A stretch of 20,000 bases of DNA from assembly GCA_030167865.1 (NCBI GenBank), contig JALAGF010003564.1:57740-77739 (forward strand), given 5' to 3'. Below are positions 1 through 12,400 of the stretch, piece after piece; within the stretch, counting starts at the first letter, position 1, and each line of letters opens with the position of its first letter. Origin of the DNA: Craspedostauros australis. Lineage: Eukaryota. The position numbers were made by a program, and so were the translations under genes. Below the pieces are notes generated by a model that was given only the letters and a program-made list of their open reading frames with translations, ran no database searches and was not told the origin of the DNA.

Positions 1-1073
1 CAAGTATCCGGAGACAGTGCATCGTTGCTCACGTTTCATCTCCCTTGCGTCACGATGCCGACGATCCAGTCGAATATTCCTGCGACTTGCTCTGTCAAAC
101 TTTTCGTCCACGGACAACCACTATTCTCAGAAAATCGAGGCGATGCCAAATCCGCGACTCTTATCACGAAGACGCAGGCGATCATCACCTCGTCTCCTCT
201 CTCCTCTCCCGTTTGTCAAGTACTCTGCGGCAGGAGTCTCTCCAGGCTTGATACTCGAGCTCATGGTGTTCGAACGACAATCGCATTCCACATTCATGCA
301 GAGAAGAAGAGTCAGAAACGACGACTGGGAACGAAGGGAGGGCCAGTCGATGGGAATGATGTGACGTTGGTGGTCGTGATTGGTGATGTATCGAGTGAAC
401 GCTGCCGCGACAGAACCCTCCACGCCGCGACGTTTGTCGAATGCGTTCGTTGTCCCTGTGTCGTGGCTCCAATAGGTCTGTGATCCTTCTCCCTCGCTTC
501 TCCTTGGGCGCGAACGAGTTCCGGCGTTGTTGACGTCTTTGTGCGTCAGTTGCTTCTCATCCGCATGTCTCGCGAGAACAGTGAACACTGTCACACGTTT
601 CCTTCACTTTCTGCTTTCAGCACCTTGAACTGGAGCAATGCCGCCAATGAGACATCATGGAGCTGGAACATCCAATGTGCCCAGCGCAGAGCGGTTCATG
701 GAGCTTGGCAGAGCAAACCAGAGTACTTCATCGTGGGATGGAGGGGACAGAAACAGCAACAGCAGCAGCACACTCGACGTATTTGGCGTCGTTGTTGTTC
801 ATGTGGCTGCGAGATGTCGTGTTTTTCTTTGCACCGAAGGAAAGTTCGCGCCACAATTTTGCCAGCAAAATGACAAGATCTGTTGTTCTCGTGGGATGTC
901 ATTGGACACGCGGGATGAGTTTGGTCATGAGTCATCATGTCACGGAGATGCTGCGGCCTGCGTTTGTTTGGTCACACTTTATCACATTTCGATACTTTAC
1001 CACTTAACAGTCCTCAAACGAACAAAGGCAATACAAATCGCGAATGACAAACAAATGTGCGACTGTGAGAAAG

Positions 1074-1108
1074 CACATCATGTCACGTCACATCACGTCA
1101 CATCACGC
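1074..1108. repeat. Pentamer microsatellite (CACRT)x7, imperfect
   Basis: cacat catgt cacgt cacat cacgt cacat cacgc. Confidence 0.85.
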
Positions 1109-3452
1109 CATCTCTTCAAACGCGACCACGGGAGTCTGCTATTTGCAAATCTAGAGAGAGCGCGAGAGAGAAGTCGATCTCACCCGTATCAACTTCGGGA
1201 CAAAAGTCGAGCACTTGGAAGTCCTATCATACCACGTATTGTATGGAGCTGCAAAACATGCATCCTGAGAAAGGCAGAAATGAACTATCGGAGCTGAGGT
1301 TCATCACGACCCACAACGCGCCTTCCAAGAGAAATCGAATTTATGGAGATCATCGGTCGTTCAAATAAATCTGACCGGCTGTGATCTGCTCTCCTCTCCG
1401 CAACGAGGTGCCCCGCTCTGTTCTGCTTCCGTCGAAGTGGAAGAGGAACAAAAGTAGAGTCGACGCCCATCCGTTCTACAGGGATACGTGATAGTTGTCC
1501 TGAGTCTGCCTCTCTTTCTCTCCCTTGTACCTCTCACGGCGTTCGTGCGTTTACCAAATGCGATGTACCCAAAGAAACATGTTTCCTCCAACTCCGCACT
1601 TGTTCCTGTGCGCTTTCGTGATGTCATTCTGACCATGGGTGAAGTGTTTGGTGACCTGAGTCGCTCGTCCAGTGCGAGATTCCGATTCGTGTCAAGGAAA
1701 GGCTGTCTCACTCTGTGCCCTGCGCCTCACCAGATTCATTCGAGGTAGAGAGGATTCAGCTCCTCCATCCTCTCCCTAATCTGTGGGGTTGAGACATTTC
1801 GTCTTTCATCTCTTTCCTTCAGATCAGAACGTTTCGACAAAAGATGGACGCACTCGTACAAAACAGAGTGTGCCTGGGACGAGTTGGCCATGCGATAGTC
1901 GTGGACGCGGTCCATTCTCGAGAAGTGTTCGTCGATGCCGTACTCGCGCCGCTTCTTGGGCAGAGGAGCGGGAATGCTCCCACACAAAGAAGTCGTGCCC
2001 AAGGGAGGCCTCTTGCATCGGTTGGCGATCATCTTCACCGAGGAGCGCAGCATAGAGTAGACTAGGACAGCTTTATCCTTCTATCTCTCGATCGAACGAT
2101 GACCATTGAATCACATACCTCCCGTTCGTCGATGCATAGTGGACGTGTTCAGAGAAAGGAGAGAAGGAAGAGTCTTTGAATACTCCGGCAATGACAAGTG
2201 AACTTTTCTACCGCAGATGCGGACGCTGCCATTCTATTATCATACCGCGAACATGTACGTCTATTGTCACAAGGCCGAACGGACGAGCATAAGGGCGAGA
2301 GAAGGATCAGCGAGGAGTCCAACTGTCCCAAACTTGTAGAGTAGCTCGTAGAATACGAACAGGATCCGATCAACAACAAACCGATCAGCAATGTCCATGA
2401 ATCTTACTCCAACGACCGATGTGCACGAGCACTATACCCACATCATACGCGACAACTTGCAACGAATGAATCACACGAGCTTCTTTCTCATCGTGAACAC
2501 TGGACACTGTCCCAGAGCAAACGCTGAACGTTGCCCGCTGGGCCGGACTTCTGCGTTTGTAGAAACGGAGGGGCGAAATCTGAGGAAACTAAATGCCACC
2601 GTCGCTATTTGCATGGAAACTACACAGACTTCTTTCCTTGGCCCAGTTGAGTCAGGCCAGTTGCAAAAGCTCTCCTCGTCTACACGCTGTCTGCTCTGCG
2701 TGCAACTCTGCTCTGCACGATGATTGCGCCCCATCCCGCCTCAAACTTGCCCTGTGGCCTTCAGCACGCTTGTACTTGTACTTGCACTTTCCTTTACGTT
2801 CGTAACCGCGGCAAAAGCTCTGCAATTCTTGTTCTGACACCTCACGTCTCATTGCACCTTCGGCTGCCAGAACCAAGACCAAAGCCAATTCATGCGGCGC
2901 ACCATCTCGAAACCGTCATTCTTCGCTCCGCAAGCAGGAAACGCTCGTGATGAGATCTATCCTGTGTGAGTGATCGTCCACTTTGCATGCCAAATATCGC
3001 AGCATATTTGCGTCCAACACCAGCGACATCAAGCGAACTTCTGTCACAGAGCTCTCCCAGGTTCGTTGTCCGCTGCTCAGCGCTGCAATAGCTCGTAGAG
3101 TGCAGTCAATTACACTCGCCATGTTTGCGCTTTGTCCATCCTTGCTCTGCCTTCTACTCCGATGATGCGGTTTCTGCTGCTCAGAACAGTGTCAGATGCT
3201 GCTTCGTGTTGTACGCTAACATGGCCGTAGAGTACGAATATCAGCAGGGCTAATCGTCTCGCTATTCGGTGACCTCCCGAGCAACTGCTCCAGCTCTGTC
3301 GGGTTTTGGCGTACCGCTTCTCGTGATTTGACGAGGCACCACCACCCAGAGCGCTGGTTGTGACGATGCCTCTGACGCCGCAGCAGACAGTTGCGCTCTT
3401 GATTGTGTTTGTGCTGTCCATCGGACCACCCTTGAGTTTGCCTCGACATCGA

Positions 3453-6400
3453 CTACGTCTGCGGGAAGGCTGACAAGATGGCGTTGGCAAGAGACGCAAC
3501 ATCCGCCGGCTCGATGGCGTGCACCATGTAACCTCGATTGCGCGGCGTTGCGCGCAATTGGAATCGCCAAAGCAAACCCCGTTGACGAAAGATGGGCCCC
3601 AACGTCTCCCCCAACCCGCTTGCTCTTGCCTCTTCTTCGTCGCTCAGTCTGACCCAGCCCGTCGCAGCGACGGCATTGTCCTTGTTGCTGTCGTCAACAC
3701 GATTGCCGACACGGTCGATGCCATCCTTGCTACATTCATCGCCGTTGTCGTCAATGTTATGACCATCACCATCAAAACCATCGCCGCCACCAGCAGCAGC
3801 ATCACCGTGCGTGCATCTTGAGCGCAGCTGGTTGGACTGTTGCCACTTCTTCTGATGCTGCAAGCAATGGGATTGCATGACTTTCAGCAGCTTCACCGGC
3901 AACCTCCACCGGTCGATGATCCCGTTCGGACCGCATTCCACCTCCACTTGAACCTGCGATGATGAAGCATCAGAGTCGAAACGGAGACTCGACACGTAAC
4001 CGATTGCCGTGGTCTGGTTGACGCAAGCACGTGCGCCGATCTTGGCTTCCAGCAGGCACGTTGCTCGCCGCATGGATGCCTGGCCGGCTTCAGATGCTGC
4101 CCATGTCCGCAGCATCTGCAGACGCGTGCTGCATTCGGAAGCCTTGGAGAAGCTGGATTTGATGCTGTACGATGCGCATGCGCAGTTTTCATCATCGTCG
4201 CATGCTGACAGATCCAGATCATTGAACGCGACCGCGTCACCCACTGCAACTCGCAACGCCGCGCCATCTGTCCTGATGCGGAGAATCAGCATGGACTCAT
4301 CTGTGATGTACATCGTATCCTGCGTCATTGTGAAGATGACACCGATCGTGTCGACGCACTGCGGATGCCGTCTGGCGAAGTTCCGTTGGTTGCATCGAAT
4401 CGCCCAACGTCTGCACTGGACGTGAACGCGAAGCAGACTTTGGTGAGGGCAACCGTCCTGAACATCACCATCGTCATTTCGTTGCAGATGTTGCAGAAAC
4501 GATTGCTGGTGACACCAATCACGGAGACCGGATGATCGATCAGACGAAGCTCCAAAAGTCGACTTTGACATCGACTTGGGCTTCGATGAGACCATCTCCA
4601 TTCGGGTCCTGCTGTTGGCCGTGAGCTGAATCTTCCCATCGTACTTTGTATCTCGAACTGACAGACCAAGCGCGAGGATGCAATGACCATCTTTCATCCG
4701 CTCCATGTGCTCCTCGGATGGCTTCCATATGGTCAGCAGCGCTCGACCATCTGCCTTGACATCCGTGGTTCCGCAGCCGTGGCTCGTCACTAACACGCGC
4801 ATGAAGGGGGTGCTGCTGCGTTCCAAGCTCGTGTCCACCTCAAGCTCAGCCTCCACCTCCTTCTTGATGCGATCTTGCAGGATGCCGCCGCGCTTGTCCT
4901 TCCATCGATCGACTTCGTGTCGATCCTCATCGGACAGGCCGCTGTAGAAATCTTCGGGACACATGCTGCTGGTGAGCTTGTGCCACACCTCGGGCGCCAT
5001 CTCATCGACGTCTGCCTCCACCTCTTGTTCGATCTGATCCGATATCTTCTCCATCGCACGTTGTCTCCGCTTTTCAAACTCCTGCTGACGTGATTCCTCC
5101 ATCGCCTCGGTCAGGATCATGGGCGCAGACGCGCTGCCCTCCACCTTCTCGAGGTATTGACGCGGGTACACTTTGACGACGCGCAGCGTGATTGCTGGGA
5201 TGTTGCCACCGCCCATGATAATGTCGTTGATCCGCTTGATGCAGAGCTTTCCTTTCGTGGAGCGGTATTGGCGCTGAGAAATGCGAACGAAGCCGAGCTT
5301 TGCATCCCACCTGGCCAATCGGGTCGAGTTGGCGCAGATCATGAGCCCGATGGTACACTTGGGACTGGACGAATCGTAGCCTTCGTCCAGCGGGTCGATG
5401 CCGTCGTCACTGCCAGCCAACACGGCCGATGAGACCAGCAGCTTCGTTCCCACCTGAATGCGACCATCACGGACGTACGTGTTGAGCTTGGTGTCCAACG
5501 ACGCCTGCACACCGTACCAACCATCACTTAGCTCCAACTTGTACTTCATCCTGTCACCTGCCTTGCCATCCATGCCACGAGCTGCAGCAGATGGAGCGAA
5601 ATCCTTGGCGCCTCCTGCCTGTTTGTCGCTGGTGAGCGAGGATGAGCCCACCGCTGGTGATATCGCTGGCGATGAAAACACCTGGCTCACGCACAGGATC
5701 ATCATGCGACTGGCAGCAGCATCGCAGTTCAAGACCTTGCGTAGCGCGGACCGCTTGCCATCTCTGACCTCCTTGCGATATCTCTTCGCGAGTTGCTGAA
5801 CCAGCGTGTCGTACGTGAAGTACCGACCAGCCAGGTGCCTGGAGAATTGGCGCTCCGTCGATGACAGCTTCCACACCACCCACCGTTTGTGCGTGAGTAT
5901 CCACTTATCCGTCATGAGCTTGGACGTGCAGCCCATCCCATGCAGCCGGTGTCGGATATCAGCGAATGTTCCGATGCGCGAGGCAGCGCCGTCGGCTGTG
6001 TCGTCCGCATTCGCGTTCTTGTCCACCGATGCATCGCCGGCATCCGGATCTTCAATGCAGGATGGCAAACCGCTGGTCTTGTCAAACAGCACGTGCATGG
6101 CATTCGTGCTGTTGACTGACAGCGTCACGTTTTGGACACCATGAAGTGACCGTTCTGAGTTTGTGGATGTCATGATGCCATACTTCATGTCACGCTTCAG
6201 TTGGGGCATCGTGCCGAAGGCCTGGTTGCCCTTGTGGGTGAATGATCCGATGATTTTGCCACTCCCACGCCTGCCTTCCCTGTTGTCGACGTCCATTGCG
6301 TCATCGTCGTCGTCATCATCGTCGCCATTGCTGCGATTGGTGTTGATGTAGATGCGATTTGCTGGAGTTGCGACGGCATCACTTTTTGATGCTGCGAATT

Positions 6401-9400
6401 CTTGCGACAGCAATGTGCGTGGCGAACGAGTCGAAATGCCATCACGACCACTTGGTCTTTTGGAGACGATCGCATTGGGCGCAGTTGGTCCAGAACTCGC
6501 GATCGGTGTTTCAGCAGCGCAGCCGGGCGCGCCAATGTCTTGTGACGCACCGTCGAAGCATCTCGCTGGGTGTCTTGGTTCCAACGGAGAAAAACCCGGT
6601 GTTTGCTGTGTCAGCCCTTGGGCAATGCTTCGGATCGCTAGGCCGAGCGTTGCATCATACTCGAAGTGAGGCGTCTCTTGTGCCAAAGGAAGCACGGACG
6701 GAGTTGTGGGCGTCTTGTTTCTACATGTCGATGCTGTTTCCTTCATTGTGTCTGGTTCGCGCCGGACGCTTGGCATGAGTGTTGTGCCTGGAACTGATTT
6801 GGTCTCATCTCCAAACAGCCGAGCAGCTCGCTTCCTCGCTTCCTCGCTGACTTGGATCTTCGTGTTGCGTCCGGCGGTTGCGAAGCCACTGAATGCAGCT
6901 TTGGTCTTGGTTCCGTTGTGGGTTGTGCAAGAAAGGGGGCTTGGTTCTGCCTCCTTGTTCACCGCATGAGTTGACTTGTCTTTCCTTGTACTGTTGTTGA
7001 AGCTCAGGTCGCTAGTCGCACTGCGATGATCGTCACCTTGCCCAACATCCAACAGACCGGACGCCTTGCGGAGGCTGTCTGCGGATACATCGATGCCTCG
7101 GCCCGAACCTGCCAGCACAAAACCTGATTGCACCATGCCCAACGCCGTGCGCTTGTAGGGCGCTGCTGTCGGAGTTGTCATTGATTTGATCGGGATGTCT
7201 TTGGCTGTGACATCATGCTCGGATCGTGCACCCACATCTTGAACATTCTTGCTTTCGTATCTCTTCACATCCTGGTCATTCTCATACGTGAGTAATCGAG
7301 CAGCAGAGGCGTCAGTAGAAACATCGGCAGGTGTCGCCGGCTGCTTTGAGTCGCCAAATGCGCTCGCTGGTTGGTGCTCATTGCTGCGATGTTTGAGTGT
7401 GCCATCGATTTGCGTTGTCGGCTGTTGCGTTCGAACCGTGGTTTCATTCTTTCGCTCAGCCCATGGCGAATAGTCTGTCTTGGAACGCAAGACTGACGCC
7501 AAGGTATCAGATGGCATCGGTGGCCTGTTGTCGATCTGTTTGGGCGGCTCGGATGTCGGGGTGTAACTGAACGAGAATGCTTCTGCCGACGGGTGGGTGC
7601 GAACAGAAGCGGTTGGAGATTGCGCGAGGGGCGGTTTGCTGGTGTAACCGAGACCGTTGGTTTTTTGTGGCTGCGTTCGTTTCGATACGTCGAGGGCTCG
7701 AGAGGGCTGTTCATTGCCTCTTTGTTGCAGTGATGTGGATTCTGCCACGGCAGCCGCTGTAGTACTAGTGCCTGTCGAATGCAGCAGCTGCTTGGCTTTT
7801 CTCAGACTCTCTTCTGATACTGTAATGGCGATCCCTTTGCCTGCAGTTGAGAACATGGCTGTGTGATTGAAACCACCAGGAGTTGTTGCTGGTGTCGTTG
7901 CTGATGGTGCTGTCGTCATCGCTGATGATGCTTTGTTCGTCCCTAATTGCGCTGCTGTTGGCGTGGAAGAGGGAGAGAAAGATAGCGCAGCACCTGGCGT
8001 CTCTGGTCTGGGAGTTGATTTTTGAAACGACGAGGACGAAGACAAGGAGGAAGGAACGAATAATGACTTAGCTGCTAGACCATCGCTGAACAGCTTCTTC
8101 GCTTTCAGCAACGCATCCTTTGAGACATGGATGGCCTTGTTCCTTCCAGCAGTGGTAAACAATGCCGACGTTGGTGTTGCGCGCTGGTCGGCTGCATCTG
8201 AAGTGTTGCGAGCAATGCCACCGTCGATTGTCTGAGCAGTTCGTGGTGTGGGCATGGTAGGAATCACTGCCTTTCCTGCGCTCCTGTTTGTTGCCAGGCT
8301 ATTCCGTGTCGTTGGTGTGGGAGACGATGTTCTTGTTGGTCGAGCTACTGCACCTGCTAATCCTGCTGCCGTGCAGCCACCCAGGAGCGAATGAGCCTTT
8401 GCCATGGCTTCTTTGGAGACGTGTATCGGCTTGCTGCTTCCTGTTGTCGCAAAGAGTGCAGCCGGCGTCGCACTGATGTTTGTTGATGTCGATACAGGGA
8501 CTTGTGGAGGCTTGAATGGAGTTGAGGTTTGATTTCGCGTGCTGTTTGTAGCTGGTGGTTTGGTGTTGGTGTTAGTGTTGGTGGAACCGGGAGCAGCACC
8601 GGGAGCACCTCCCGTTGTTGACGTCAATTTCACAGCAGAACTCTGTGGTGACGGAGGCTTCACGACACCAAGAATCATCTTCGCTTTCATCAAGCTCGCC
8701 TCACTGACTTGGATGGGACGATTGCGTCCAGCCGTCGTGAAAATGGCGCTGGCTGTCGGTAGCGTGCGCGAGGACGATTTCGATTTGGTAGGATCAGGGG
8801 CAACCCGTGGTGTTGGTGCAATCCTCGCAAGCGATGGCTTCGGTCGAGGTGGCGCTCTTGAAAGAGGCTTCGCAGTGCTCCGAGTCCCAGCAACTCCGTT
8901 GGTTGGCGTTAGCGTTGGCGCTGACGACGAAGCAAACATCATCTGGGCCCTCCTGAGGCTTTCCTCCGTGACATGAATGGGGCGATTGTTGCCTGCCGTC
9001 GAAAAGAGTGCGATTCCAGTTTCACGTTCACTTGGAACTGGAGATGTGGCAATGGCTGCAACTGCCTGATCACGTTCACCTCTATTGCTGTTTGCGGATG
9101 GCGACATGACTTTGGAATCTGCTCCAGATGCCAGTAACTGCTTGGCACGTGCCATACCCTCCGCAGAGACGCGGATCGGCTTGTTTTGGCCGGCGGTGGA
9201 GAACATTGCGAGACCGTTGTCTGTTTCTGACGTTTGCAACCGCTGGCCGTCCTGCTTGGCTTTGTTGGCATTGCCATCACCATCCTTGCTTTCTGCTTGG
9301 CCGTCCCCTCTGCGTGCAGTCTCGCGCAGGTGTCCAGCAGCAAGATTGTTGTCTGCGTCGCTGTCACTGTCGTATTGAAACGGTTGATGCTTCGCTCGTT

Positions 9401-12400
9401 TCGCATCCTCTTCGGTGACCATGATGGGCCGTTTGATTCCGGCAAGGCTCACAGCCGGCGTCGTGAATTGGAACTTCTTACTGCCAGGCGAATTAGAGAG
9501 CGTCGCAGATGCACCCATCTTTGGACTAGGACTATGACTCGTACTTGCCGTTTCATCAGAGTTCGTTTTTATGGTTGACGATGGCGTGACTTGGCTCGCC
9601 GTGGCGACACGCAACGATCCATTTGCTTTCGGGGTGTGGAGCTTGCGTCGTGGCACCGTGAAGGATGGTCGCCGCCTGGCCAATGTTGACTTGAGAGTTG
9701 GTGATGCTGCTGCTACTGGTCTCCGTGGATGTGGCTGCCGCAGCAAACCTTTCTGTTTACCAGTGGTTGATTGAAACGAAGGCGAGGATTTACTGCGTGC
9801 TGCAAAGCCATCGTCGTCGCGCTGCGGAGGATGGTCAGCGGCTGTTGCTTGGAACATCTGCTTCGCGCGCTTCATGGCGTCTTCCGACACGGCTATCACT
9901 GACTTGCTTCCCGCCGTGGTGAACATGGCTGCTGAGCTTGCCGCGGTGCTCATTGGTGTTGTTGGCAGCGATGGCGTGGATACGCGCTGAGTGTCTATGC
10001 TTGCTGGTGGACGTGCCAAGTTTAATCCAGTCGGTTTTCGCAGCGTCCGGCGTGCGAGTTGCCCATTCATTCCTCGTCCGCTCAATGGTTGCTTTTGTGG
10101 CGACAATGAGTGTGGCGTTGCTTTGGCTGTAGTAGCGTTGCGTGGAGCTTGGTTTCTTGCTTGATCGGAACCCGTAGTCTTGTTGTTGCCAACTGCAGAC
10201 TTTCCATCAGCGTCATGAATGCTCACCCCTCCCAGGAGGCTCTGCGCCTTCGCAAGGTCCTTGGATGACACAGTGATGGGCGTTTTGCTCCCCGCGCTTG
10301 TGAACATCGTAACGACGGTCTCAGCTGAGTTGGTTTGAGGAGCGCTTTGTTGCGCTGTAGTGGACGCCGCAGTGTTGCTGTTCGTCGCCGTCGTTGACAA
10401 TCTTGGCGTCGACACGGGTGCCATTTTGGCAGACTCGTTTGCATTGCGAGTGTTTGGGACAAGATCTTGCGATTCAGACGCTGCGAACGAATCTGAATCT
10501 TCATAGTCAAAGCATTGATTGATGTCAAGCTTGCGCACGTGATCATCGTGAGCAGTTTGAACGCGGTTGGTGTCATCGTTGTTCGTCTTGCTGTTGGCAT
10601 CGCGGGGCCTATCCGCGCTTTCCTTGTTGTTGGGGACAAGGGCGTGGTGGGAGCCTCGCATCTCTGCAAGGTGCTTGGTCGTATTGCAGCGTTTTGGCGT
10701 GTCAGGTAGACTGCTGCTATCACCACCACCATCACCATCGTAATCAGCAGCGACATTCGCAGCAGCGGCCGTAGACTCGGCATCCATCACCTCACCATCA
10801 TCAGATGGTTCCGAGACGATGATTTGAGAACCCGCCAAAGATCCAGGAACGGAATAGTCGAATGACTCTGCCGTGCTCTGGCTTGCGTTGACGTCCTCCT
10901 CCTGCATTGAATGCTGGTCACCCGCAGCTGCTCCATTCGCATCTTTCTGTTCAGTGGCACCTTCGGGATGTGGAGCGTCGCTCACATCGCGCGCCTGATG
11001 TGCATCATCTGTGGCTGTATTATTCGTTCTATTGCACATGATGGCAGCATCGTTTTGGTGCTGCTCAGGCTGTGGCTGCACCGCGCATTCCGGGACTGTC
11101 GCAACGCTGTTGGTTGCTGCAGCTCGATCCTCACTGCTCATCTTTTGCTTCTTTGGTTCCGCACTTTCCACTGGCGCAGGCCTGATTCCGAGTGGCAACG
11201 CAACCAATGCCTCCAGAGGCTTGTAACGGCGCTTCTTCCCTCTGCTCTTTTTGGACTTGCCAGACGAGGCCGATCCTTGCGTTCCATCTGCTTCCGCCTG
11301 ATCTGTTGGCGACGGTGTCCGGCCGTAGACGATGGACACCATGACGGAACGGAAATGAGGCGCACTCGATTCGGATTGAGTCTGCTGCATTGCTCGCACA
11401 TTTCCCCGTTGCTGCGCCGGTGCCATGGGCGAAGCCGGCGTTGTGGTTGGTGTGATGGTTGCTGCCGACGTTGCCATCGCGATCGTCTCCGGTGCTGCCT
11501 GCGTGCGCATGGGAAGCTCGGAAGATGATGCCGGTTTGTCATCTGTACAAGGAGCATTGCCGTCTGCAGGTACTTCACGAGCGCTGTCGTCGAGACCCAT
11601 CTCACTGGGTTGGTGGTCCTGTTCTCCCATGTCGGTAGCAAGTTTTTCTTGCGCTCGCAATGACGATTGCAGTGACGGCAGCGATTTGACCGCAAATTGG
11701 TTCAATGGTCTCACAGCCTTGATACTGTCGTTGCTGTTGCCGTGGTTCTTGCCGCAGCTGTTGTTGTTGTTGTTGATGGTGGTGGCAGTAGTAGTAGCGA
11801 TGTTGATACCCGATACGTTCGTTTCGAGCACGACAGGACAGCCTCTCTGCTGTTGTGACGGTGGATGTTGGGAATGCTGCGATTCCCGTTTCCGTCGTGC
11901 TTGGCGGCGATGCAACCACTCGTCCACAACCGATGGCTTCCTCTTTTGTCGTGCGTCGTCGCGTGGATGCGATGCCAGCAGCAGTGGCACTGATGGGACA
12001 AACGCTGCCTCCGCTTGCTCGTTCCTTGCGGATTGTGCTTGGTTGCACGCCTCTGTCGATTCTATGTGCAATGGTGCGTTCGCAGCAACGTGGTGGTCTT
12101 GGTCAGAACCTGCCTCCGATCCTGATTGTGTGAGTTGCGTCACTTCTTGTTCCGCTCTTGATCTTCTTCGCTTTCTCTTGCTGTGTGCCGTTGGTGCTGC
12201 TTCCTTCCCCACTCCGCTCTGTTTGTGATTGTGTCCGTCTTCTTGGCTATCCCAGTTGCATGGATCGTGCAGATCGCTTCGAGTTGTGGCAAGATGGACA
12301 TCGCCATCACTGCCGGCGGCATCTTTGATGATTTGTGCACAACTTCGTTTCGATTTGGACGCATTCCCGAGTGGTCTCCGATTCCCGCATGCACCACATC

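Noticed and set aside
17-594. ORFs of 95-155 aa on both strands at the window start
   Set aside because: Mostly non-ATG starts, mutually overlapping, no recognisable homology; cannot be supported as a gene.
638-1297. 219-aa plus-strand ORF
   Set aside because: Runs through microsatellite and promoter-like sequence, has Cys/His/Arg/Ser-rich non-protein-like composition and no recognisable domain.
1361-3122. TGA readthrough/selenocysteine or alternative genetic code in the chained ORFs
   Set aside because: No recognisable selenoprotein fold or SECIS, the real genes use TGG for Trp, and TGA is simply the commonest chance stop at this GC content.
6813-10304. BRC array as a CRISPR-like or tandem DNA repeat
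   Set aside because: Similarity is at protein level with synonymous divergence and irregular spacing.
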